Part shown: positions 14,775 through 27,342 of the stretch, in pieces
Layout of the letters: each line of letters begins with the position of its first letter
How positions within the stretch are numbered: the first letter of the stretch is position 1
Assembly (NCBI GenBank): GCA_012295275.1
Contig: CM022675.1
Span: 13,516,001-13,580,000 of the forward strand
Reading direction: 5' to 3'
Source of the DNA: Chrysomallon squamiferum
Taxonomy: Eukaryota; Animalia; Mollusca
DNA: 64,000 nt
Made by a program: the position numbers and the translations under genes
Notes under the pieces: model-generated
Told to the model about the DNA's origin: nothing
Database searches by the model: none
What the model saw: only the letters and a program-made list of their open reading frames with translations

Positions 14775-15600
14775 GGTGACGTCACCAGTTATTATTTCAT
14801 TCATTCAGCGCTAACCATCGAGAACAGATTTTATCATTAACAAAACTCATTTTCTCATGCGGTCACACCGGAAACGGATATTACGTAATAATAACGTTGC
14901 AGCTGCTTCATTCGTCGACAAGTTGAGCGCGGAAATTACTGCGGAACTGTGTTATTACGTAAGAGAAAGGGATATTGTTTATCAGATGTGAATAGCAGAG
15001 GGAGGTCTCGGAGATCCGAAAGTATCAACACCTCCATTTGTAATTAATCCGAAAACTGTTACATTTTAAACATTGTAAGGAAATATTGCATTACGTCTTT
15101 CTGTACAATAAAACGTGATATATTACCTCATTTTAGAAACTTCCATTTATACATACTGTAATGTAGTATGACTTTTTTCTTTAAGAAATCTCAAAACGAG
15201 AACCGCCACTTACATCGTTCCTGATCTTCGTAAATTATGACTACATAATGACTGCGAGACGGATATTTAATAATTTACAAAATAAAAAAATAATAATAAT
15301 AATATTTCTTTAAAATGACGTCATCGATGCTGCAGTAACAATAAAAGAAAGCGGTGGGCGACAAACTTGTGCATCAATGCTCGTTGACGTCATAAAAAAA
15401 AAAAAAAAAAAAACAAGAAATAAAAATCTGACTGCGCGAGATGATTTCATATTAATTAAGCAAGGTCGATTCTTGGACCACTGAAGGTCGATGTATTTAC
15501 AGGCTGTTTCACTGTTTGTACTGCTCTGTCAAAACAGCTATAAAGATTTTATGGAAGGAATTTGTCCTCCCATCATTCATTGGTTAGTTTGACGTAAAGG
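14775..15600. promoter_or_regulatory. Cluster of bZIP-type (CRE / PAR-C/EBP-like) palindromic motifs, candidate enhancer
   Basis: GGTGACGTCACC 14775-14786, TATTACGTAATA 14879-14890, TTACGTAA near 14955, ATGACGTCAT 15315-15324, TGACGTCA 15385-15392, TGACGTAA near 15590. The motifs are seen; function is inferred. Confidence 0.35.
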
Positions 15601-15735
15601 AAACTAGTTTTATGAATAATGGTTAGTTTCTGAAATAGACGGATTTTAGTATTATGTGAAGGATATTGAAGGGTAACCCATATCTGAAAATAGGGGGGAA
15701 AAAATGAAAAAAGAATGAAAAAAAATATATATATA

Positions 15736-15797
<62 letters not shown>

Positions 15798-15828
15798 TAA
15801 AGAAAAGAATAAAGCTGATTTTTTTGTT

Positions 15829-15867
<39 letters not shown>

Positions 15868-16654
15868 TTTTTCAAATTTCATCATATAGTATCAGCAGTT
15901 GTTCTTTCTGCTATTGTTGTACTAGTTGTTTTTCATGTTATTGTTATTATTATTATTATCATCATCATTATCATCATCATCATCATTGATAGAGAGTGAG
16001 AGAGATAGAAAGAAGGGAAGCAGAAATAGAGATAACGGGAGAGACAAAGACAGAAAGACAAAAACAAAAAACACCTATAAGATAAACACAGAGTTTTCAG
16101 TGACCAGTAAATTATCATACACACGTCTACACAAGCATGACAGCACATACCACACTCTTTCCTACACGTGATAAATGAGAACTGGACAAACACAACACCA
16201 GACAAGCCGTATTCCTAATACCCTAAGTTTTTACAGCTCACTCTTTCTCTCGATTTCGTTACAAAATCCTTCTAACAAACAGACACAACGTCTCCAGAGG
16301 ACAAACCACGACGTTCGTTACGCGATGACGTCAGATGCGTTCCCTAAGAAGGAAAACAGTGTAGACGATCTACAGCTAAGCCTGATATATCAGAAAGCAT
16401 CCCGTGTGTGGTAATTACAGAAGAGATTTTACGAAATGAATTCGTCTGTTTGGAATGTAAAGATCTCATTGGAATAAGAGATCTGTACCAGAGGCTGGAG
16501 AAATGTTGACTATATTGGTCAGGGAGAACATTTGAAACTGTGGCTATTTTAAAATTTAATTGTACTTTTATCAAGACAAAAAGAACGAAAAAAGAAGAAG
16601 AAATAAATAAATAAAAAGAAAGATGAATGTTACGTAAACTTAATTACTTGCTGC

Positions 16655-16744
16655 TTCAACTACTACTACTGCTACCATTGACTACTACTACTACGACTAC
16701 TAGTGCCATTGCAACTACTACGACTAATATTCTACTGCTACCAT

Positions 16745-16795
<51 letters not shown>

Positions 16796-17105
16796 AACTA
16801 CTATATTTACTACTGACATAACCAGTACTGGAACATCAACCACTACTATTATCACTACTTTTACTTCTACTATTACAGTGACAATTGCTACTACTACTAC
16901 CTTCATTACTGCTACCATTAATACTAGGACTACGAATTCTGTTATTACCAAAACCATGATTACTGCTGCTACTACTACTATTACTACAACAACTATGATT
17001 AATATTAAAAGCTACTGTCTGCAACTACAACTACTATGATTACTATTAAACACTAAAGCTATTATTTCTTCTCTGACATTTACAGCTACCACTACTACTC
17101 CAACT
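16655..17105. repeat. Degenerate (CTA)n block
   Basis: Visible cta/act periodicity, pure at about 16745-16795. Confidence 0.92.
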
Positions 17106-17200
17106 ACAGTCTGAACAAAATGCTTTTTTGTGAAACTGAAAAAGGAAAACCACTGAATCGTAACAAGAACCAATCCACATTGATTTCATCTCCACCTTAC

Positions 17201-17379
17201 CAGTGCAGTTCGCTCGAACAGCAGCATTAAACGGTGGGAGGCCCCCGAAAAAGCCGGACATCATGTGAAAGCGATGCTCATTACTGGTACCCACGCAATC
17301 ACGTGACGCATCTCTCTGCCATGGCGGATTTGCAAATGGCGGCGGTGGAAGCACGGATGCTTTCAAAATTATTTTTATA
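17201..17379 (-). promoter_or_regulatory. Candidate minus-strand core promoter and first exon
   Basis: On minus: TATAAAAA (17379-17372), CCGCCGCCATTT (YY1-like) about 35-45 nt downstream, CCGCCATGG Kozak-like ATG at 17322, TCACGTGA E-box 17299-17306, splice donor CTG|GTAAGG at 17201/17200. Confidence 0.3.
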
Positions 17380-17579
17380 CCTCGGCGTCACGCCGCGTTT
17401 TCTGCTCTGATGCGAGCAGCTTCGTCCGTCCTGCAGTGATACCGTCCGTCCACACGCTTTGAACTTTACACGTGCGTGTGCAGTATTGATTGATCAAGTT
17501 GTAGCGTGGTTTGCCATCTGGTTTTTCTAGTTCTTTTCACAGTTTGTGGCGTGCATTTGCGATTTGCAGTTTTTGGCAT

Positions 17580-17945
17580 TAAGTAAGAAGTAACAGTAAC
17601 AGTAAGGTATTAGTAGTAGTAGTAGTAGTAGTACAACAGCAGTAGTAGTCGCAGTAGTAGCAGTAGCAGTAGTAACAGTATTCGTACCAGTAGTAGTAGT
17701 GGTGGTAGTAGTGGTAATATGGGTAGTATTTGAAATTTTGGTAGTAGTAGCAATAATGGCAGTAGTAGGACTAGTGCCAGTAGTAGTGGTAGTGGTGCTA
17801 GTAGTAGTAGCAACAGCATTAGTAGTATGGTAGTAGTTATAGTAGTTAAAAAACCAGTGGTAATAGTATTCAAGGTAGTAGTACTGACAGTAACAGTAGT
17901 ATTAGTAGTAGCAATGACTTCAATAATTGGTTGTTTTGATAACAG
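17580..17945. repeat. Degenerate (TAG)n block, reverse complement of the (CTA)n block at 16655-17105
   Basis: Visible tag/gta periodicity. Confidence 0.92.
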
Positions 17946-17998
17946 TAATATAGATGTGTGTTTCTGTGTGCGTGAGAGAGAGACAGAGACTATACACA

Positions 17999-18029
<31 letters not shown>

Positions 18030-18402
18030 GCAAAATTATATGCAAAAAGAAGATAGGATAGAAAATAATAAAAATTTTAGCTGATACGTATAAGGAGTTG
18101 TAAACACTGTCAATTAATTAACGCGAAATTACCTCAAGTAACAGAGATTTCTAAACAAACAGGTCCAACGCGGTTACCAAGACAACGACCTATTTTCTCA
18201 GCGTGAACAAATCACGGACAAGGATAAGCTAATAAATTTCTTCTTCTTCTTCGTCTCCTTGAAATCGTTCCCCCCTCTCCCTCTCTCCCCCGCTCTCCAA
18301 AAGATCGATTTTTTTTTTACTTCATTTTCGTTTTTTAAACATTTTCTTCACTCGTATCAACAAATTAAGCTTGTTAGCATTGTTGATTAGCTGAAAGGTT
18401 TA

Positions 18403-18450
<48 letters not shown>

Positions 18451-19509
18451 GGAAGATACGTTATTAATCATGTTGTGTGCTTGCTTCTAGATTACTGTTT
18501 CGGATGACAGACTCGATTAATGCGGAAAACAGTATTTGCTGTGATTAACGCGCGTCCCCCCCCCAACCCCCCACCCGGGTTAATGCAAAAGACAAGAACT
18601 GATGATGGGTTTCAATACGAAAGCTAATTGAAGACGTAAATAAAGATATTCGTTACAAGAGAAAAATCACTTCACCTAATTTGATATCTTGGTTTTCAGT
18701 ATCATCATCATCATCATCATCAATATTACCTTCGTCAGAGGTTTCATTATTAGATCCTTTTCTATTTTCTTTGTATGTAGTTTTCTTTATGTATATTAGA
18801 TCCGTAATTGTATGTATGTATGTATGTATGTATTTTATTTTGTTTGTATGTATGTATGTATGTATGTATATGAATACCTAATTATTATTACAACTACTAA
18901 TACTGATATAACTAACTTTAATGTTTTTATTTTAATAGTTGTCTTTATCTCTTTTTTCTTTTTCTCCTTTTTACTTTTTTTTCTCTTTTTAATTTTTTTT
19001 TTTTTTTTTTTATTATTATTTTTTTTTCTTTTCATTTTTTTTTTTTTTTTTTTAACCTTCTTTGATTTTCTGTCTGTTATTATCAACTAGTTATTTCACG
19101 TGAAGTTTAATTTTTATCTGACACGCACGTGTAATTTTATCTCTCTCACACAGGGCAGCAGACACCAGGGCCTGGGGCTCGTCTGATCACAGAAACAAAA
19201 GACTCGCTGCTGTTAATCGATCCCAGAGTCTGCCACACCTCAGGCTGTCTGACCCTGTGCTTAACACAGAGCGAAAAAAACCACGCAAACAGTATTTTCA
19301 ATTAGCAACGTCTCCCATTGCAATCGCACGTTTAAACACACCTCGAAACAACCGCTACTAAATAATCAGTCAACAGAGTTAAGTAGGGTTGAAACCGTCT
19401 TCAGAACGTCTCGACCAGACAAAATGGATTCCTAATAGCTTTTAATTCATTTTTTTTTTTTTTTTTTTCTCGATTTCTTCTCCCGAAGGGTAAAGACGAA
19501 TGTTTTCCA

Positions 19510-19830
19510 ATTTGTACGACCGCAGCGGCTCCGATAAATGCCGATTTCCGCCGAACCGGTTTCCGCTGGGAGACCACTTGTGATACATGTCTTTTCTCGC
19601 GTAGCGCCAAATCTCGCGAGATCTCCGCCAACATGGTTCGGGGATACGTGGCAATTTCCGGTTGTTTTTTTTCCAGAGACCAGACGCGGTTATTGCGTCA
19701 ATCTCAGGCGAAATGAGTTCAGTTCTGTTGGTGGGGGAGACGGTTCTACCGGTGGAGGGGAGGGAGGCGAGGGAGGGGAGGGTTGACAGATTTCTCAGGG
19801 TAATGGACGGTGAGACAAAATGCGCGTGTG
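19510..19830 (+). promoter_or_regulatory. GC/CpG-rich promoter-like island with TCTCGCGAGA palindrome and G-quadruplex motif
   Basis: ATCTCGCGAGAT 19611-19622, TTTCCGG (ETS-like) near 19654-19660, five G3-4 runs at about 19757-19783, donor-like AGG|GTAATG near 19800 and ACG|GTGAGA near 19810. Confidence 0.35.
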
Positions 19831-20022
19831 TTTTGACCCTGTGTTTGGTGATATCGGTGATGTCCTGAGATTAAATTCACCTCTGTTTGATTCTCTCCAA
19901 TTAACACGGATCTCGCTTTGTCGCAAGTGGACAAGAGACTCAGGGCCCAGATTTTCATTAGCACCAGCGTTTCTTTCATCGCGAGAAATTCTTTCACCAA
20001 TCTGAGAATGTGAGCGTGACGC

Positions 20023-20400
20023 GAAGAGAAGAAGAAGAAGAAGAAGAAGAAGAAGAAGAAGAAGAAGAAGAAAGAAAGAAAGAAGAAGAAGAAGAAGAAG
20101 AAGAAAGAAAGAAAGAAAGAAGAAGAAGAAGAAGAAGAAAAAGAAACAGTAGGAGACGACGATGACGATGATGATGAAAATGTATAAAGAAGAAGAAAAG
20201 AAAATGGAAACTGAAGGAAAAGAGTAGAAAAGATGAAGTAGGAAAGAAAGAGGAAGAATGAAGAAGAAAAAGATAAGACAAAGAAGGAGAACACAAAAAA
20301 GAAGAAGACGAAAAGGAAGAAAGAACGAAAGAGAAGAACAAAATGAAAGAACAAAGGAGAAAAAGGAAAAAAAAAAAGAACGAATGAGAAGAAGCTGAAG
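20023..20400. repeat. (GAA)n/(GAAA)n polypurine tract
   Basis: Visible; explains the three ~140-200 aa poly-F/S/L minus-strand ORFs. Confidence 0.95.
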
Positions 20401-20868
20401 CAAACAACATAAAATTCTACCTCACATTATTTCAGCAGATATTAAAAATGTCCTGAACGCTGAGACTTGAGAAAACTTTCCAATTTCAGGTTAACACAGA
20501 TGTTTCTGACTGCTTGTTAAACTGGATAACCTGAATCTGTCATCGCAAGGCTTCCTTCATACAGTACCGCGCTGATCCGCTCCATAATTCATATTCCTGG
20601 CTTTGTCTTTCTCCATAACGGTCAAAGGTCAAGTGGTCTGAATTGTGACTTCTCGCAGCGACCGAGAGATTGCGTTACTCTGCAGAGATTAGCAAGAGCA
20701 GTGGGTGGACAGAAAACATGTTAATGTGTAATATAATTGATATCTCACTCTTTGAGTATAAACTGTTTGTTATTTTATTTATTTTATTATTATTATTATT
20801 ATTTGTTTTTTTTTGTTACGTGTTTGTGTTAACGTTCTCTTCATATGCTGAACCGTGCACTGAGTTTA

Positions 20869-20875
<7 letters not shown>

Positions 20876-20940
<65 letters not shown>

Positions 20941-20982
20941 GTCTCTCGCTCATACATATATATATATGTGTGTGTGTGTATA

Positions 20983-21058
<76 letters not shown>

Positions 21059-21130
21059 CCCTCAAGCTGTCAGTATATCTATCTGTATGTCTGTATATCT
21101 ACATTTTCATCCATCCATCCATCCATCTGT
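20876..21130. repeat. Compound (TC)n-(TA)n-(TG)n-(TA)n-(CATC)n microsatellite
   Basis: Visible runs. Confidence 0.96.
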
Positions 21131-21956
21131 CTATCAAACAACGTCGGTCCTATTTCGTGCTTGACATTATTATAATCACCTAATAATTCACGAATTCCCG
21201 ACTGTCGCGGAATTTCAACAAACAAAGCAGTGAAACAATCTGGGTCATCCGGCTTTTTGACGCATCCCTCGCACGATGTCACGTGACGACAAACAACCGA
21301 GCACGCGCAGATTATTGCGCTGAAAGCCGGTCGACCCGGCAGTAGCGGGTGTAATGATTTATACAGAAACGAAAACAGGAGCCCGAGAAACGCTTCGTCT
21401 ACTTAATCTGATAATTAAGGGAAAAGCGAAATTCATTAATTATAATATTTACCAAAGCCATTAATCACAATTAATACCGAAACATTCAATAATGCACCAA
21501 GCACAAATGATGGCGTATTAATTTGGTAAGTGGCGAGTAGCAATAAGAAGAAAAAAAAAAAAAAAAAGATTTCCTTTTCGTTTCGACAAAAGAGTCGAGT
21601 CGAAGAAAAGAACGCGAAACAACGCCAACCACGACGACGACGACGTTGCGTGGTAGAAAAACGATTAATTTAAATCTATCTCGTGTGATTAAAGAGTTTC
21701 GCCGTGCTGCCATGTTTTCAGCTTGATTGGTTGGAGGGATCGATACGTCGACAGAACTGATTTGTTGTATTCGTGGTTTACGAGTCGAGAAGCTGTTTTC
21801 TAAGTCCTTGGTGAATGCAAGTTAATACACTAACACAGAAATAAGAAGAAGAAGGGAAAAAAAAGAAAAGAAAAAGAACGAAAGACAGAAAAATACAAAG
21901 ACGAGCTCCACTGGAAAACATATTTCAAATAGAAAACTGTTCTATATTTAGGACAG

Positions 21957-21960
<4 letters not shown>

Positions 21961-22032
<72 letters not shown>
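21961..22032. repeat. (GA)n microsatellite
   Basis: Perfect run. Confidence 0.97.
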
Positions 22033-22039
<7 letters not shown>

Positions 22040-22650
22040 ATAGAAAGCAGAAATAGATAGATAGACAGATGGAGAGACAAGGAGTAAAAAAAATAGAAAT
22101 AGAGATAACGAGAGACAGACAGACAGACAGAGCGAAGGAGAGACAGATCTACACACAGACGAGAGAAAGACAAAGAGAGATCAATACATCGAAAGAAAGT
22201 AGGAGTGACCAAGTGAAACAAAAATCGACCTAAAAAATAAAAAATAAAAAAAAAATAAAAAAAATGAAGAACGAGAAAATCGATCAGTGTACAAAAAGTC
22301 AATCTTGTTTTATTCTCATTAACTTTTGTTATCTAAAGTGACAAATCATTTCAGCCCTGGATACCAAGTGTAAACATTCTGTTGTGAATGTCACGTGACT
22401 GACAAATATAGACAAAAATGTGTCTATTTATAGACTGGAAATAATTAGCTATCGAATGGAACAGACAGTTTGAGCATAAATAAAACTCGAATACAATTTC
22501 GTCTGTACGGAGGTATCGGGAAATTTTATTTTACATTTCTTGTTTGCGTTTTGTTTTTATTCCGGTGTGTGGGGGAGGGGAAGGGGGTAGGGAAGGTGAT
22601 GATTGGTTTTCTTTGTTTGTTTTGATTACTGTTTTATTTTTCATTTCTAT

Positions 22651-22681
<31 letters not shown>

Positions 22682-23987
22682 TTGTTGTTTGCACTTTTTA
22701 TCGGGTGTGTGGGTGTGTTTTTTTTGTTTTGTTTTCTTTGTTTTTTTCAACAGAACTGTCACAATACGCTCTGTTTTGTGTTACACAATACGTCATCTCT
22801 TTATTACCGATGCTGTCAGCTCGTTGACATAATTTATAACAGAACAGATCTGCTATCACTGTACACTATGGCGAGATATGATGATCACACAGATTTCTCT
22901 GTTTTCCGATCAAAAACGTATAGATTTACTTGAATAAATAACTTGATTTATATATTATGCATTAAACACCCTCACTGTCGAAGTTGCAAATGCTTGGAAT
23001 CAAGTTCTAGATATCATTACATTCGAGATTATTAATTTTAAAAAAACATCAACAAGGGATTGTATACTGTAACGTGCGTTATTAAGAATTCAGTGAAAGT
23101 TCATCGTTATCAATATCACAAAATTCAAATACATTATAATTTAGACACTTTGAAATACACATATAATTTATAAAAATACAGCCTGTAGCTTGTGTTTAAA
23201 AAAAAATATAAATAATAATAAAATAAATTAAATTAGAAAAAATCAGTAAGTTAATACAAATGTTTAACGTTTCCGGAAAATGTATCTAATTGTTGTCTGC
23301 CTGGAATTCCGTTCTGTTTTCATAACAAAGTCTGAGAGTTTGAGTAATGCTTGAACATGTTCTAGTACTAGATATGTCAATACATTTTTTTTTTGTGGAA
23401 TATTTCTTTTAAAACATAACAAGTCATTTAACAGTAATCCTATTCCGTGTATATATACACAATCCAATATTTAATCTTACCGGCTTCGCAGTTTTGAAGC
23501 TACCAGTATTAAGTGGACTGATCTGACAATCTCGGTCAGAAGAATTAACTGAGTTTTACTAAATAAAACAGAGATTTGATGTCATAATTAAAACACAGTT
23601 CGCTTGAACAGCAGTCACACAACCAGTCCGCGGTGAAAGACAATAAAAAGATATCAGATTTATCCTGCTGAGGTTGAATGTTTGAAAGCAGCTCGTCACA
23701 GCCTCACTGCAGTTAGTCATTCTGACATTCACAAGATAAAAGCTGATATCTTACGACAGAAACCTGTTACTCCCTGTGTATCAACAGATGTGAGATATAT
23801 CTACATACACTGATACACTCACACACGCAGTCACACATGCAAACTTATGTGCATATAAATCTCTTGTGTCACGTACTAAAGGATATTGACATAATTATAA
23901 CAGAAGTATGTCAGAATGTGCTATAATAATAATAACAACAACAGCAACAGAATGGGAGTCATAAAATGAAGGAAAAGAAATAAAAAC

Positions 23988-24112
<125 letters not shown>

Positions 24113-24163
24113 ATAAATGTATATGGATTTTGAATATTCTGTGTCTTACGTACGTCTGAATAG

Positions 24164-24308
24164 ACTTTGAACATGGATGATATTCGGGAACACACTGGCG
24201 CAGGAGGACAAAGTCCAATCACGACCTCACAAACTACGTCAGATGCCGCTGACGAGACTCGAACGTATGGCAACCATTTGCCCGCAGCTCAAAGTGGACG
24301 ACAATACA
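24164..24308 (+). other. Candidate exon (coding status unknown)
   Basis: Acceptor-like tctgaatAG ends at 24163 and donor ACA|GTATGT starts at 24309. High-complexity sequence with two open frames (TLNMDDIREHTGAGGQ... and, from ATG 24177, MIFGNTLAQEDKVQSRPHKLRQMPLTRLERMATICPQLKVDDNT). No homology recognised. Confidence 0.25.
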
Positions 24309-24339
24309 GTATGTATTTGTGTGTGAGGTGCGTATGCAT

Positions 24340-24473
24340 TTTTACGTTCTGTATGTTTGTGTATATGTATGTATGTATGTATATGAATGTATGTATGTAT
24401 GTATGTATGTATGTATTTATGTATGTTTGTATGTTTGTATGTATGTATGTATGCATGAATGAATGTATGTATG

Positions 24474-24507
<34 letters not shown>

Positions 24508-24650
24508 TGTATGTATGTATGTGTGTATGTATGTATGTGTGTATGTTTGTATATATGTATATATGTAGGTATATATGTAGGTATATATGTATGTATATAT
24601 GTATGTATGTGTGTATGGGTATGCGTATATAAATATATGTGTACGTACGT
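24340..24650. repeat. (TATG)n tetranucleotide microsatellite
   Basis: Visible; gives the CMYV/HTYI ORFs. Confidence 0.96.
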
Positions 24651-24784
24651 AACGTATTTGTTTCAGTATATACATATATCATTCCTATTTCTTCTCATCA
24701 CACATTTACTACAAAAAAAACTTGAGCGAGTTTTCACTGACTGTTTCTCGGTACATAATTGTTGATTTCTTCTCGTGCTGATAG

Positions 24785-24916
24785 AACTGTTGTTCCCTAC
24801 ACTACAGAGCTGTAGTCGCGGACGCTGAAGCCGTCGTGGAAGTCCTCGAGCAGCGACTGGAGCCGTTGTGGAAGAGTAACGAAGTGGGAGGACAAAACGA
24901 AATCACGTTTGAGTAG
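24785..24916 (+). other. Candidate terminal coding exon (NCCSLHYRAVVADAEAVVEVLEQRLEPLWKSNEVGGQNEITFE*)
   Basis: Pyrimidine tract tttcttctcgtgctgatAG ends at 24784; GC-rich codon-like sequence open to TAG 24914-24916; phase 0, compatible with the donor at 24309. Confidence 0.22.
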
Positions 24917-26299
24917 GTGACGAGGACGTTGCTTAGATAAGACAGCTAAAAACGACGTCGTTGAGATCTCCACTAACGTCGTTATTAATATCTGCTATTA
25001 ATAAACGTTTCTGAAATAAGAAGCCCCTTGCAGTTTATAAACAGGCGTTGTGATTTGGCTTTCAGCACAAACGTTTTAGATTTCTTTATCTTTTCTTCTT
25101 CTTCTTCTTTTTTATTTTTTTGTATTTTATTTAATGTTTTTAAATCCTTTTTTTATCTTACTTTATTTTGTTTCTTACATATCAATAGATAGCTGAGTCA
25201 TGTTTTAGAGAACAAAGTGTTTATACTTTCTCTTTTGTTCTCTTTTTTATTATTATTATTATATCATAGAACGCTTTTTTTTTCTATTAAGGATCCTTTA
25301 CCCAGCCAAGGAAAAGCGTATCACAAAAGAAGCACTGGTTTAAAATAGAAATCTTTTGTTTACGTTTTGTCTGCGAGATTCAGAGCGAGTTCATAGACAA
25401 CCAGTTACATTAGTGTGTACTTTAAACATTTTTAGTTTTCTGTTTTTGTTGATTTTATATTATCATCATGATCAATATGAAATTATATCAATCATTTTTG
25501 TCTGTCTGACTCTCATTTATCTATATAAATATAAATATATATAAATATTATATCTATGTTTCTATCTATCTGTATGTATGTATGTCTGTCTAATGCTATA
25601 TAGTCACAGATATCTATCTATGGAATATATAGACAGATATCTGTTTATCGAAGTATCTCTCTCCATATATATATATATATATATAGATCTACATGTATAT
25701 CTCTCTATCTCTCTATCTGTCTGTCCGTCTATCTATCTGTATATATATCTATCTTGCACTCTGTCTCTCTGTCTGTACATCTGCTTATCTAATCTGTCCA
25801 TCTGTCTACTTATTACTTTATCGCGTTGAGACCATCTCTTTATGTTTGCATCTGTCCACATCTGCTCTTCTTTTCCTTTCCTTTTCTTTTATTATTTTAT
25901 CTTTCCTGCCAACTCTGTTTCTATCCTGTTCGCAGACAACGTAATAGCACAGTGTCTTCCCCTGGTGGCTTCAGAGTCGAGATCGAGGCAGCGACATTGC
26001 TTAAAGAGCTGTTTTTGATTGGGAGTTAAACGAAACAGCGGTCATAATGTCGCGAGTTGATAACAGTCCATTAGCATTTCCATCACGTTCTTATTACGGC
26101 CTCGCTGGCGTTATCGTCTATCCACGGTGATCGGCCAAACTGCCACTGGTCCCGTGATTAGCTCGAAGCCGCCGGCGGCGATAAACCGCGCGCGCGCGCG
26201 CTGCTGCCTCTTTCTGATGTCGTCTGCTTTTAACTTCGCTGGTAGCAGTCGGCGGGAGTCTACAGGACTCGCAGAATGGCTTCGTCTGATCAAGTCTGG

Positions 26300-26336
26300 A
26301 TTGATTATTGTTATTATTATTATTGTTATTATTATT

Positions 26337-26372
<36 letters not shown>

Positions 26373-26572
26373 ACTATTATTATTATTATTGTTATTATTG
26401 TTATTATTATTATTATTGTTGTTGTTGTTGTTGTTGTTACTATTATTATTATTATTGTTGTTGTTGTTGTTATTATTATTATATTATTATTATTATTGTT
26501 GTTGTTGTTGTTGTTGTTGTTATTATTATTATTGTTGTTGTTGTTGTTGTTGTTGTTATTATTATTTATTAT
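26300..26572. repeat. Alternating (TTA)n/(TTG)n microsatellite
   Basis: Visible. Confidence 0.97.
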
Positions 26573-26664
26573 TTCCCCTGTTTGTTCTTCATTTTGTTAG
26601 CATTGTTACTTTTCTTATTTCTTTCAAACTCCAATTAATCATCGTGAAATATTTTCTTTATAGA

Positions 26665-26960
26665 AATAGACAGATAGACGAACGAATGGATATATGGACA
26701 GATAGAGACATAGACACACACACAGACAGACAGACACACAGACAAATATATTATATAGACATTCAGAGAGAAAGACAGATAGACAGAAAAAGACAGACAG
26801 ATAGATATAGAGATAGATACATAGATAGATGTAAAAATTTAGAGATAGACAGATAGATAGACAGACAGATAGATAGACAGATAGATAGATACAGAGACAG
26901 ATAGATGTAAAGATATAGAGATAGACAGACAGACAGACAGAAGACAGACAGACAGACAGT
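26665..26960. repeat. (AGAT)/(AGAC) tetranucleotide block
   Basis: Visible; opposite orientation to the (TCTA)/(TCTG) block at about 25550-25870. Confidence 0.93.
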
Positions 26961-27216
26961 TCTGGAATCTGACCTAAAAACCCGCTGACTGACTCAGTGA
27001 CGTAGTGGGTTCTGTTCGATTGGGTCAACTCAGTTACTTATGCAGGGTGAACAACCTTATGTCGTCATCCGCCTCAGACTGGATCACTGATAATTGGTGT
27101 ACCAGTTAAAAAGTGTATAAAAGTATGACTGGGAAAATCGACGAATTGGGATTTAATAAAATTACGGTCACAGACATTACAAATATAGAAATATGTGTGT
27201 CATATGTGTGTATATT

Positions 27217-27342
<126 letters not shown>

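Noticed and set aside
16420-16470. TGGAATGTAAAGA matches the first 13 nt of miR-1
   Set aside because: The 3' part diverges (TCTCATTGG) and only a ~10-bp stem forms with upstream sequence; no pre-miRNA hairpin.
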